A stretch of 64,000 nt of DNA from a virus: positions 1-64,000 of the IMG/VR virus record IMGVR_UViG_3300026382_000010. One strand, 5' to 3'. Below the pieces are notes generated by a model. It saw nothing but the letters and a program-made list of their open reading frames with translations, was not told the origin of the DNA and ran no database searches. Shown here one piece after another: positions 17,358-25,680 of the stretch; positions within the stretch are counted from its first letter, which is position 1; each line of letters starts with the position of its first letter. A program made the position numbers and the translations under genes.

Positions 17358-18819
17358 ATTCTCTTACCTCAATGCATTCTTTGAACATCAAAAGTTTTTG
17401 CATTGATTTTGGAAGTGGAATATTATACTTTTCAAAGTAGTCTAAAATAAGATGCGGATCTACGTAGTATTTAACAGCCGTCGTCCAAGTAGGTTTTTCA
17501 TTGTTAATATGTCCTAAAGTTTTTCCTACATCAAGCATAACCTGTTTAAAGTATTTTAGATGCACTTTTGGATCGTCTATATTTTTATATGGATTTTCTT
17601 CAAAAAGATATTTGTATGCTATAGCTGAACCCTTTAGATGTCTGAATTTATGTGCAGTAATTGGTAGCCCAATTCTTTTACGTAAATAATCATTTAATTT
17701 CTGGGCTTTGAATGTAAATACTCTTTCACTTGGCTTTTTGTTTTTAATAAGCTCTTTTAGGTATTTTACAAGTTTTGGATCGTCAATGATATGAGTTTGT
17801 ATAATTCCTTTTTTACCAGGATAACGAATTACACATTTTTTATTGTCACATTTTATATGCTTGCGTAATATTGTAACTAAACCGAATGTATCCTTTGTTT
17901 CAGTACCAATACGTGCAGCAGTTTGATAAAGTAGCTCTGTTGCAAGAGCCATTTGCTTAATTATCGGATCTTTTGATTCTAGATCCTTTAACCAGCGCCT
18001 TCTATATTTTTCGATGTTTTTAAGTAGGTACTTTAGTTTTTCAGTGTATCCTTTGACAACGCGTTTCTTGTAATCTTTTGTATAACAGAATTGCCAGGAT
18101 TTACCACCGATAGGTCTAAATTTTAAAACGTAGCTATCGTCTTTTTCAGGATTGTAGTCTTTGTTTATTTCAATTTCAACGTGAATTAAAGGAATATTAC
18201 AGTCGAGTTCCTTTTTGGTTTTACATACATATAGTTTTAACTGCGCGTCGATACAAATTAAATTGGTATCAACTAAAACTGGAGGATAACCCAGTTTTCT
18301 AAGTTCCCTATTGAGCGTCTGAATAGAAATATACTTCCACTTATACTTATGAAACAGGTATTGAATTGCGTATTTCAATTTTTTAACGAGATCCTGTTTT
18401 AATTGCATATACTCAGGTTTTAGTTTATGTTGAGCCAGTTTCTGAATATCAACTTCACCCTCTTTACTTGATGAGTCTATTTTTTGGGCAATTGAGTATA
18501 ATTGTTTTTGTAGTCGTTTTATAACATCAGGTTTCGGAAACTTTTCGCTATATGTTAACTTATACGTTTTTAACAAGTGAATTAGTTGTATGATTGTTTC
18601 TTTGTCATATATTTGCTTACGATGTATTTTGTACAGCAACTCAACGATGTTGTATAAATTATATTCGAATTTACAATTTTTACGAAAACTGGATATGGCT
18701 GCTTTAAATTCTTCGTCGTTGAGTTTTGGTTCAGTTTTAACTACACAAAATCCTGAATTTTTACAAATATGATAAATCAGATAATGAATTAGATGCTTAC
18801 CTAACGTCTTGCATTGCAT
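17332..18819 (-). CDS. DNA topoisomerase IB (bacterial/viral type) with N-terminal extension
   Basis: Catalytic pentad: AARIG, PGKKG, AHKFR, LGH, KYYVDP; also TFGLVTILRKH. Confidence 0.85.
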   Translation of the reverse strand: MQCKTLGKHLIHYLIYHICKNSGFCVVKTEPKLNDEEFKAAISSFRKNCKFEYNLYNIVELLYKIHRKQIYDKETIIQLIHLLKTYKLTYSEKFPKPDVIKRLQKQLYSIAQKIDSSSKEGEVDIQKLAQHKLKPEYMQLKQDLVKKLKYAIQYLFHKYKWKYISIQTLNRELRKLGYPPVLVDTNLICIDAQLKLYVCKTKKELDCNIPLIHVEIEINKDYNPEKDDSYVLKFRPIGGKSWQFCYTKDYKKRVVKGYTEKLKYLLKNIEKYRRRWLKDLESKDPIIKQMALATELLYQTAARIGTETKDTFGLVTILRKHIKCDNKKCVIRYPGKKGIIQTHIIDDPKLVKYLKELIKNKKPSERVFTFKAQKLNDYLRKRIGLPITAHKFRHLKGSAIAYKYLFEENPYKNIDDPKVHLKYFKQVMLDVGKTLGHINNEKPTWTTAVKYYVDPHLILDYFEKYNIPLPKSMQKLLMFKECIEVREYERSIIKT

Positions 18820-19125
18820 TTAAAATTCTTTTCTGATTCTAATTCCGAGTTTCTTTTCGCAGTTATTTTTACGATATAATTCCGCAGCTTTCTTTGCGAT
18901 ATCAAAGTAGTGATATTCGCTAGCTCTTAAGTATGCTGCAAATAATAATCCACAATGATATTTACAGTCATCAGTCATAACTGGAAATGCTAAATCTTCA
19001 GGTCTTAAAAAGGCTTTTTTACCACATTTTTTAAGTAATTGCTTTCTCCAAGTTCTAGTATGCACTTTTTGTTGTAAACTTGCAGGAATAATATCGGTTC
19101 TAACTTCAAGTAGTACTGAATACAT
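18820..19125 (-). CDS. Small basic Cys-containing protein
   Basis: GGAGG RBS; KKCGKKAFL...FPV...C...GL.AAY.RA. Confidence 0.7.
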   Translation of the reverse strand: MYSVLLEVRTDIIPASLQQKVHTRTWRKQLLKKCGKKAFLRPEDLAFPVMTDDCKYHCGLLFAAYLRASEYHYFDIAKKAAELYRKNNCEKKLGIRIRKEF

Positions 19126-19217
19126 GGTAGCTTCCTCCCACGTTGAGTTTATGTAATTTAAAAAACAAAACGATTATTTTAGATTTTCACTAAATTAAAA
19201 GAAGGTGGTTATGGAGG

Positions 19218-19667
19218 ATGTATGATATCAGGTATCCATTTGAAAAGCTAACAACAAATGATAATATTTATTGTGCAATTATTGGATCAACATTATGGAT
19301 TAAATGGTATGATAACGTTATTAGCTTAGATTCTGATTTAAATTCCATTAATCGAACTACGCTTCCTAAATACATTCGACTATTTTTATATTACCTTGAC
19401 AAATATACGCTCCACGCGTTTTTAGAATACTTGATCCAAAATAACTTCGTGTTTCTATTTGACTTTCAAAATTTACAAGGATTTATTGCAAATGAATCAT
19501 GTCAGTGTTTATTTAAAAACAATACTGCAACTATAAATAGCTATTTACCTGCAATGTTTATGTTTTATCATAAGTTTCATACGCGAAAAGTTCATAAGAA
19601 AATTTTCTACAATCATCGTTCGGATATTAATCTGTTTAATAGGTTTTTTAAACAATTACGCTCATAA
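19218..19667 (+). CDS. Hypothetical protein
   Basis: 149 aa ORF. Confidence 0.6.
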   Translation: MYDIRYPFEKLTTNDNIYCAIIGSTLWIKWYDNVISLDSDLNSINRTTLPKYIRLFLYYLDKYTLHAFLEYLIQNNFVFLFDFQNLQGFIANESCQCLFKNNTATINSYLPAMFMFYHKFHTRKVHKKIFYNHRSDINLFNRFFKQLRS

Positions 19668-19681
19668 CTGGAGGTACTGAT

Positions 19682-19876
19682 GTGTTATACAAGGAGATAT
19701 GTGAAGAAATTGCAAACGAATTAAATACTAGCTCAAATCAGGTACGATTTGTAATTGATCGATTTTTCGAAAAATTGCTTGAATTATCTTCGCATAATGT
19801 AGAATTTGAAATTCCAGGATATGGACGTCTTAGAACGTTAAAACGAAAAAAATATATTGAATTAAAAGGAGTGTAA
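19682..19876 (+). CDS. HU/IHF-like DNA-binding protein (short)
   Basis: EIANELN...VIDRFFE...EIPGYGRL matches the HU helical body and first strands. Confidence 0.65.
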   Translation: MLYKEICEEIANELNTSSNQVRFVIDRFFEKLLELSSHNVEFEIPGYGRLRTLKRKKYIELKGV

Positions 19877-19878
19877 TA

Positions 19879-20274
19879 ATGGCTACAAAAGCAGTAGGAA
19901 ACTGGACTAACGCAGAGTATCGTAAGATTAGAGCATTTTTAACCCTCGCCCTATTTAAACATGATGGATCGTATACTAAATTTGCAAGAAAATATGGTGT
20001 AAGAACGTACTCTGATTTCTACAAAGTATTCAAAACTATTAAGGAAAACCTTAAAAAAGACAGAGAAGGTATTGCATTTGAGATTATCATTGACATGGCA
20101 AAATCTGTCGTTGGAAGATTGAAACCGAGAATGCAATCAACGCTTGGAATTGATGCAACTTTTGCAGCATTTGTATACGTATTGAGAACCATTGCATTTA
20201 TTTTAGATGATCTTAAGACATTAAAAGTTGCACTTAAGAAAATGGACGACGAAAATAAATCCCGCAAAAAGTAA
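19879..20274 (+). CDS. Hypothetical basic protein
   Basis: 131 aa, AAGGAG RBS. Confidence 0.7.
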   Translation: MATKAVGNWTNAEYRKIRAFLTLALFKHDGSYTKFARKYGVRTYSDFYKVFKTIKENLKKDREGIAFEIIIDMAKSVVGRLKPRMQSTLGIDATFAAFVYVLRTIAFILDDLKTLKVALKKMDDENKSRKK

Positions 20275-20281
20275 TACTGAG

Positions 20282-20319
20282 AATGTAGGCGGTTGTGTTA
20301 ATGGCCGCCTACATTTTTT
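20282..20319 (+). terminator. Intrinsic terminator
   Basis: AATGTAGGCGG / CCGCCTACATT followed by a T-tract. Confidence 0.85.
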
Positions 20320-20380
20320 GTCTCGAACAGATCTGTGTAAATAAAAGCATGATTTTAAAATAAAAAGGAGGTATTACAAG

Positions 20381-21073
20381 ATGTTTTACGAAATTGGAAA
20401 AGAATTTGAGGTATGTTTTGCACACCGTGTAAGAACTCAGGATCATCCTTTAGGTAAATGCAAAAGAATTCATGGACATAATTACACAATTGTCCCTATT
20501 TTAATAGGAGATATTGATACAAAAACCCAAATGGTTTTAGATTACTATTACTTTTCCGACTTCAAAAAGTTTTTAGATGAGTATTTCGATCATCGTTTTG
20601 TTGTTGATATAAATGATGCTGAATTACTCTCCGAGCTAGCTATCAAAGAGGATACTACAATTGAAATTTGTACGCCATATACTAAAGAATCCTGTAAATT
20701 TAGTGAAATTCCTGAAAAAGAAGGTTGCTGTAATTTATGGCTTGCAAAAGTAATTGATGACTCTATTATAAAAGGATCCTTGATAATAATTCCAGTTACG
20801 CCTACTGCAGAAAATCTAGCAAAATTTTTAGCAGAATTTTTTGCACATCAACTCATTACAAAATTAGACGATAGAATTTTACAGAATATTCGTACACTAG
20901 GAATGAAAGTAAAAGAAACTTCAAAAACCCATGCATTATACGGATTAGATTTTTCAGAACTTTATCAAAATCTTACAGATATTGAGGAAATGTTAAGTCC
21001 AGATGAAAATTTAACAGAGTTACTTACAGAAGAAGCACTTACAGAATTTATACAAGAGGAGGAGGAAAAATAA
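20381..21073 (+). CDS. queD: 6-carboxy-5,6,7,8-tetrahydropterin synthase
   Basis: FAHR, CKRIHGHNY, FDHR, PTAENLA, KETS; acidic C-terminal tail. Confidence 0.92.
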   Translation: MFYEIGKEFEVCFAHRVRTQDHPLGKCKRIHGHNYTIVPILIGDIDTKTQMVLDYYYFSDFKKFLDEYFDHRFVVDINDAELLSELAIKEDTTIEICTPYTKESCKFSEIPEKEGCCNLWLAKVIDDSIIKGSLIIIPVTPTAENLAKFLAEFFAHQLITKLDDRILQNIRTLGMKVKETSKTHALYGLDFSELYQNLTDIEEMLSPDENLTELLTEEALTEFIQEEEEK

Positions 21074-21873
21074 TGATGCTCCCAATTGAGTCAAATTATA
21101 TTCCAAAAAAGTATTACGCACTTGTTGCAAAAATTTGCGTAACAAAACTTGTTTATCCCGAAGAAAACTATCTCTCAAATCTAATATCCAGCGTAAATAG
21201 TATATCAGATATCAATATGTATCTTGATACACTTGTTAAAAGAAAACATTACTCAATTTTTGGAACGCTTTATTACACAACGGAAAATCCTAAATACTTT
21301 GGAAAATACAAATGTTTTAAGCTCAACAACAATTTATATGCAATAACTTTGCGTCATATTCTTGAAGAGAATCCTAACGGATTCTCCCTCTCTACATTTT
21401 CCGACATTGATTTTAATCTTGATTTTACAAAGCTTTCCAGACATGTGTATGTAGTTTACGAAGATGAAATACAGCTTTCGGTTTTGTTTGTAGGAGTTTC
21501 TAGAGTATTTACTCATCAACTTGTAAGACATACAATTTTTAACTTTATGCAGGTTTCCAATAGGTATACTACAATTGAAAAAGAAATCTTCAGATATCTC
21601 GACGATTTAATTTCCGACAATCCATTTTTAAATCTAGAGCTTATTCAACTTATGCAAGAAAGTTTGTCAATTTATAGAACTCTACTTAATTCTGGAATAA
21701 GAAAAGAATATGCTAGATATGTTGCACCAATGGGTACCCCAACCGTAATCTTTGTAAATGGCTTGAAAGAACATTGGTATAAACTACTTGAAACTCGTCT
21801 TAAAGATGCAAGTCAATATGAATTTAAAAAACTAGTATATCCAATTGCTAAATATTTACATTATTCAAATTAA
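21073..21873 (+). CDS. thyX: Flavin-dependent thymidylate synthase
   Basis: HYSIF, SRVFTHQLVRH...QVSNRY, KEYARYVAP, R...SQYE. Confidence 0.88.
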   Translation: MMLPIESNYIPKKYYALVAKICVTKLVYPEENYLSNLISSVNSISDINMYLDTLVKRKHYSIFGTLYYTTENPKYFGKYKCFKLNNNLYAITLRHILEENPNGFSLSTFSDIDFNLDFTKLSRHVYVVYEDEIQLSVLFVGVSRVFTHQLVRHTIFNFMQVSNRYTTIEKEIFRYLDDLISDNPFLNLELIQLMQESLSIYRTLLNSGIRKEYARYVAPMGTPTVIFVNGLKEHWYKLLETRLKDASQYEFKKLVYPIAKYLHYSN

Positions 21874-21894
21874 TTTAACTGGGGCATTTTGCAA

Positions 21895-23061
21895 ATGCTT
21901 AAATACAATGCTTTAATACAAACTCGTAATAAATTTAAGTTTGCGCATCAATTAAGGTACTCCGATTTTTTTGTTGAAAGCTACGATTACACTCATTTGC
22001 ATTACGTACATGAATATATTTCAGGATATGCAATTGCAGGTAGTATTCAAAAAATCACTCAATTTAGAGATAACCGAGTTTTGTATCTTGAGGTAAATGG
22101 AGGAGGCTATTTTTATATTCATCCCTATTCAAAGGTACTCACCATTGATCGTAATACCAATACGTATCAATGGATACGAGCACAAGATTTAACGTTGGGA
22201 ACTCTACTGGAAACTGGTTCTTATAAACAGGAAGTTGTGTATCTAAAATCGTATAACTTTGATACTCGTTTTATATCCATTGATGCTGCACCATATCACA
22301 ATATTCTTACTTTTTCCTTTAATAATCATATTGTGCTATCATCAGATTTTCCTCCGCTTTACGTCCTACTGATTCCTATGTATTTTTCCATTTTAGATGA
22401 TGCTCAGTATAACACTTTGCTTACTGGGTTACAAAATCCTTATTTATCAGCATTTATCATCATCAATCCAAATTCGGGAATTACTGATGATTTATTTGAA
22501 ACATACAAAACAAATCCCGTAATTCAAGAAAGATTAAAAGAACTCAGAAAATATGCCAAGCTATTTGGGTACATACCTACAGGTTATGCAAAAGATCTTG
22601 GAAGACTTGATGAAATTAGACACCAAATTGATTTGTATAAAGCTTTAGACTTTGAGGGAATATTTTTCGATGAATGCTATTCAAGTCCTGATATGGCAAT
22701 TATATCGTATTACAAAGAGATGACGGATTATGCTCATAAACTGCAAATGGAGTCAATTGGGAATTTTGGTGTAAGTCCTATTGATAGTATTTATTGGGTG
22801 TTTTTCGATTATCTAGTTGCATTCGAAAATTCATGCGATAATTTTAGTATTGATAAAGTACAATTAAAACCAAATACATGTGTAATTATTCACTCATGTT
22901 CTGATTATAATAGCACTTTATCAGAGCTTGTATCAAATACAATAACCTACTTTTACATTACTGATCGCGACTATATTTATCTTCCAAGTTACTTTACAGA
23001 GTTATGCCAAAGTGTATCACAGTATAATGCTGATTTAATTGAAACCTATGGAACTTCATAA
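21895..23061 (+). CDS. Degenerate Hint domain fused to spherulin-4/GH135-like glycoside hydrolase
   Basis: WIRAQDLTLG and YHNI (Hint-like); LLIPMY, IIINPNSG, GYIPTGY, GIFFDE, IGNFG, VAFE (GH135/Sph3-like). Confidence 0.75.
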   Translation: MLKYNALIQTRNKFKFAHQLRYSDFFVESYDYTHLHYVHEYISGYAIAGSIQKITQFRDNRVLYLEVNGGGYFYIHPYSKVLTIDRNTNTYQWIRAQDLTLGTLLETGSYKQEVVYLKSYNFDTRFISIDAAPYHNILTFSFNNHIVLSSDFPPLYVLLIPMYFSILDDAQYNTLLTGLQNPYLSAFIIINPNSGITDDLFETYKTNPVIQERLKELRKYAKLFGYIPTGYAKDLGRLDEIRHQIDLYKALDFEGIFFDECYSSPDMAIISYYKEMTDYAHKLQMESIGNFGVSPIDSIYWVFFDYLVAFENSCDNFSIDKVQLKPNTCVIIHSCSDYNSTLSELVSNTITYFYITDRDYIYLPSYFTELCQSVSQYNADLIETYGTS

Positions 23062-23083
23062 ATCCAATAGGAGGCAGTAAATC

Positions 23084-23251
23084 ATGCAAGAATTTGTAAG
23101 AGTTCATATGTATTGTCCAAACTGTAGACGTTATACAATTGCATTTTTTAATCTAAAGGATAATGTAATGATTTGTAACGAATGTGGGTATTCCTACTTT
23201 ATATGTGAGGATGAAGACGATTTTAAAATGGAGGTTGAATTTAATGGCTAG
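23084..23251 (+). CDS. 55-aa Zn-ribbon protein
   Basis: Not in ORF track; AGGAGG RBS; [14 protein letters not shown]...CNECG. Confidence 0.7.
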   Translation: MQEFVRVHMYCPNCRRYTIAFFNLKDNVMICNECGYSYFICEDEDDFKMEVEFNG

Positions 23252-23636
23252 AGCCGCGGGATTTTGCTTTAACAAAACCGGTGATAAGATATTAATGATT
23301 CTAGTGTCGGTAAATGGAACTACTTATTGGTCTTTACCCGGCGGAACGATAGAAGAAGGCGAATCTCCAGAAGATGCTTTTATTCGCGAGGTTAAAGAAG
23401 AAACTAATTGTACAATCAAAATACTAAAGCCTCTGGGATCGCATCAATTTAAATCAAAGACAGTGTACTTTTTTCTAGCGCAGGTTATTCGCTATATTCC
23501 TAAACCACAATATGAAGAAAATATAATAAAAGTTGAGATGAAACCTGTTTCTGAAGCATTTCAATTAATTAAAAATCCAGTTTACAAAAAATTCTTTAAA
23601 CTTGCCCTTGACGAATTCCATAAACTAAAGCGATAA
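23244..23636 (+). CDS. NUDIX hydrolase
   Basis: Nudix box [22 protein letters not shown]; start at ATG 23244 after GGAGG. Confidence 0.92.
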   Translation: MARAAGFCFNKTGDKILMILVSVNGTTYWSLPGGTIEEGESPEDAFIREVKEETNCTIKILKPLGSHQFKSKTVYFFLAQVIRYIPKPQYEENIIKVEMKPVSEAFQLIKNPVYKKFFKLALDEFHKLKR

Positions 23637-24389
23637 ATGCTATTTGAAGTAGTTGTTTCAGCCAATGTATCTTTCCATGATTTTTCCACTGAAAATAAAA
23701 GTGATTACATTGAAACTTATGTTGTAAATAAACAACAGGTATATATCGATCCTCGAGTTCAAGTAAATTATACAGGTGCCGGTTCACTTATTGAAATAAG
23801 TCGTATGAATTACAATATACGTAAAAAGTGTGAGGAAGCAATTGTAACATATCAAATGGATAAGTTTTACGGTTCAATTTCAATTATTACGCATAAAATA
23901 CCTGAGGCATTCGTTTGGACTCATAATTTTGCAAATTATCAGGTTTCCAGCAACTATATTGAAACTATCGTGAAAGAATCGCATAAAAATATAAATCCTT
24001 GTGTTTTTACTCACCTTGCAACTTATGAAACAATTGTAAACGACGGGCGTTTACAAGGTTTATTTACTAGCGTATATGCAGACTGCTATCTACAAATCTT
24101 AGATTATGCGCAATTATTATTTGTAGGACACGTTTCTGATGTAAAATTACAAAACGACGTAACTTTAAAATTCAAAGTACCCTTTAGTCATAAATGTGCA
24201 TTATTAAAATTACCACAATATACCCTACTTTCCAAATCAAGCGATAGAATTAGCATTGAGAATAATATCGTTTATTATCATGCAACTGTTAATCAAGGTT
24301 CAGATGAACTAGTTGTACAATTTACAAATGGTGCAAAATTAACATGTATTTTCGAAATCATTCCAAATTTAGCCATCTACTACCTATAG
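23637..24389 (+). CDS. Hypothetical beta-rich protein
   Basis: 250 aa ORF coupled to the NUDIX gene. Confidence 0.6.
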   Translation: MLFEVVVSANVSFHDFSTENKSDYIETYVVNKQQVYIDPRVQVNYTGAGSLIEISRMNYNIRKKCEEAIVTYQMDKFYGSISIITHKIPEAFVWTHNFANYQVSSNYIETIVKESHKNINPCVFTHLATYETIVNDGRLQGLFTSVYADCYLQILDYAQLLFVGHVSDVKLQNDVTLKFKVPFSHKCALLKLPQYTLLSKSSDRISIENNIVYYHATVNQGSDELVVQFTNGAKLTCIFEIIPNLAIYYL

Positions 24390-24411
24390 TCGAAAATTTC
24401 TATTTAAAAAG

Positions 24412-25203
24412 GTGTCTACGGATATGCAAATTGATTTGAGCAATGTAGTTTTAAATAGAACGTTTCTACTACCAAAGATTGATTTAGGACTTGATAAAAA
24501 ATATTACGAAAGAAAAGCACTTAAAGATAAAAATATCTTAGATATTCAGTTTCAAGATGATGCGGCATTTTTACCTGATTTATTTATACCTGAGGATAAG
24601 TTTGAGGATAAATATCAGGAGTATTCTAGAGCAGATTATCTCGATTTTTATACATCGCTTTCTACTATTTCAGCTTTTCTTCACTTTATTCAGAATGAAG
24701 ATAAGTTTGCTTATGTTGAGAAAAAAGCACTCGCAAAACTAATTGTTGATAGAATTACTCATGAATTTCAATTTAATGTGAATCTGCCCGAATTTGAAAA
24801 CTTTGAGATTCTTAATATCCTGTATTTTAAACGTATTCAAATTTTAAACATGATTTTTGCAATTTACTATATGCATGCGTTAAAAATTGCAAAAGCATAC
24901 AAAAATCCACATTTACTTAGTATCTTGACGCGTTTACTTCGGGATAAACAAAAAGCATCCAAAATAGTATCCGTATTTGAAGCACTTAAAGAAGTATGTT
25001 TTAGTGGAGCAATTTCTTTTCCAAGTCAAATTGCATATGTAAAGAAATTGAGCGAGTCATATGCTATTGACTCGCGTATTCTATGTATATTTTCCTATAA
25101 TTTGGCATCAACTATTTTTAAATTTTATCAACAACTTCTTAATATTCCACCTATATATTTTGCATATTTCTATTTACTCCGAGTTATTTCAAAGTATGTC
25201 TAG
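24412..25203 (+). CDS. Hypothetical protein
   Basis: ORF; likely start ATG 24424. Confidence 0.6.
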   Translation: MSTDMQIDLSNVVLNRTFLLPKIDLGLDKKYYERKALKDKNILDIQFQDDAAFLPDLFIPEDKFEDKYQEYSRADYLDFYTSLSTISAFLHFIQNEDKFAYVEKKALAKLIVDRITHEFQFNVNLPEFENFEILNILYFKRIQILNMIFAIYYMHALKIAKAYKNPHLLSILTRLLRDKQKASKIVSVFEALKEVCFSGAISFPSQIAYVKKLSESYAIDSRILCIFSYNLASTIFKFYQQLLNIPPIYFAYFYLLRVISKYV

Positions 25204-25642
25204 TTACGGGATTTGAAAATAACTCTAGGATTTCTTTGTTATAGGATTTGATTGCGGAGGTTCTTTGTATACGCTTTAAAATGTCATCAATTGTTGCAAG
25301 AAACAATCTTTTTTGTGTAACATCTGATTTTACAAGAGTTCCCTTAATTGGAAAGTTATTTGTAGTCCATATATAGTAAAACGCCTTATAATCAGGAAAA
25401 ATTATATACCAGTGTTTTATTTTGTCTTTTTGGATTTCACCAGATATTGCATATAGTGCTGTTGGTTTAACTGATTTTGGATAGGGAATCAAATTCATTT
25501 TAAATTTTGGGAATTCAATTATTGCAACTTTTCGATGAGCAATGATATACATAAATTCATCTTCTGTAAAGCGATAGTCTTTGAGGATATTACTCTTAAG
25601 AAATCTAAAATCAGCCTCAGAATTTGAATAATATAGTCGCAT
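25184..25642 (-). CDS. Hypothetical protein
   Basis: 152 aa, GGAGG RBS. Confidence 0.65.
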   Translation of the reverse strand: MRLYYSNSEADFRFLKSNILKDYRFTEDEFMYIIAHRKVAIIEFPKFKMNLIPYPKSVKPTALYAISGEIQKDKIKHWYIIFPDYKAFYYIWTTNNFPIKGTLVKSDVTQKRLFLATIDDILKRIQRTSAIKSYNKEILELFSNPVTRHTLK

Positions 25643-25680
25643 ATTTCAACCTCCAAGTTTTTTAAAAGGAGCGTAGTACA

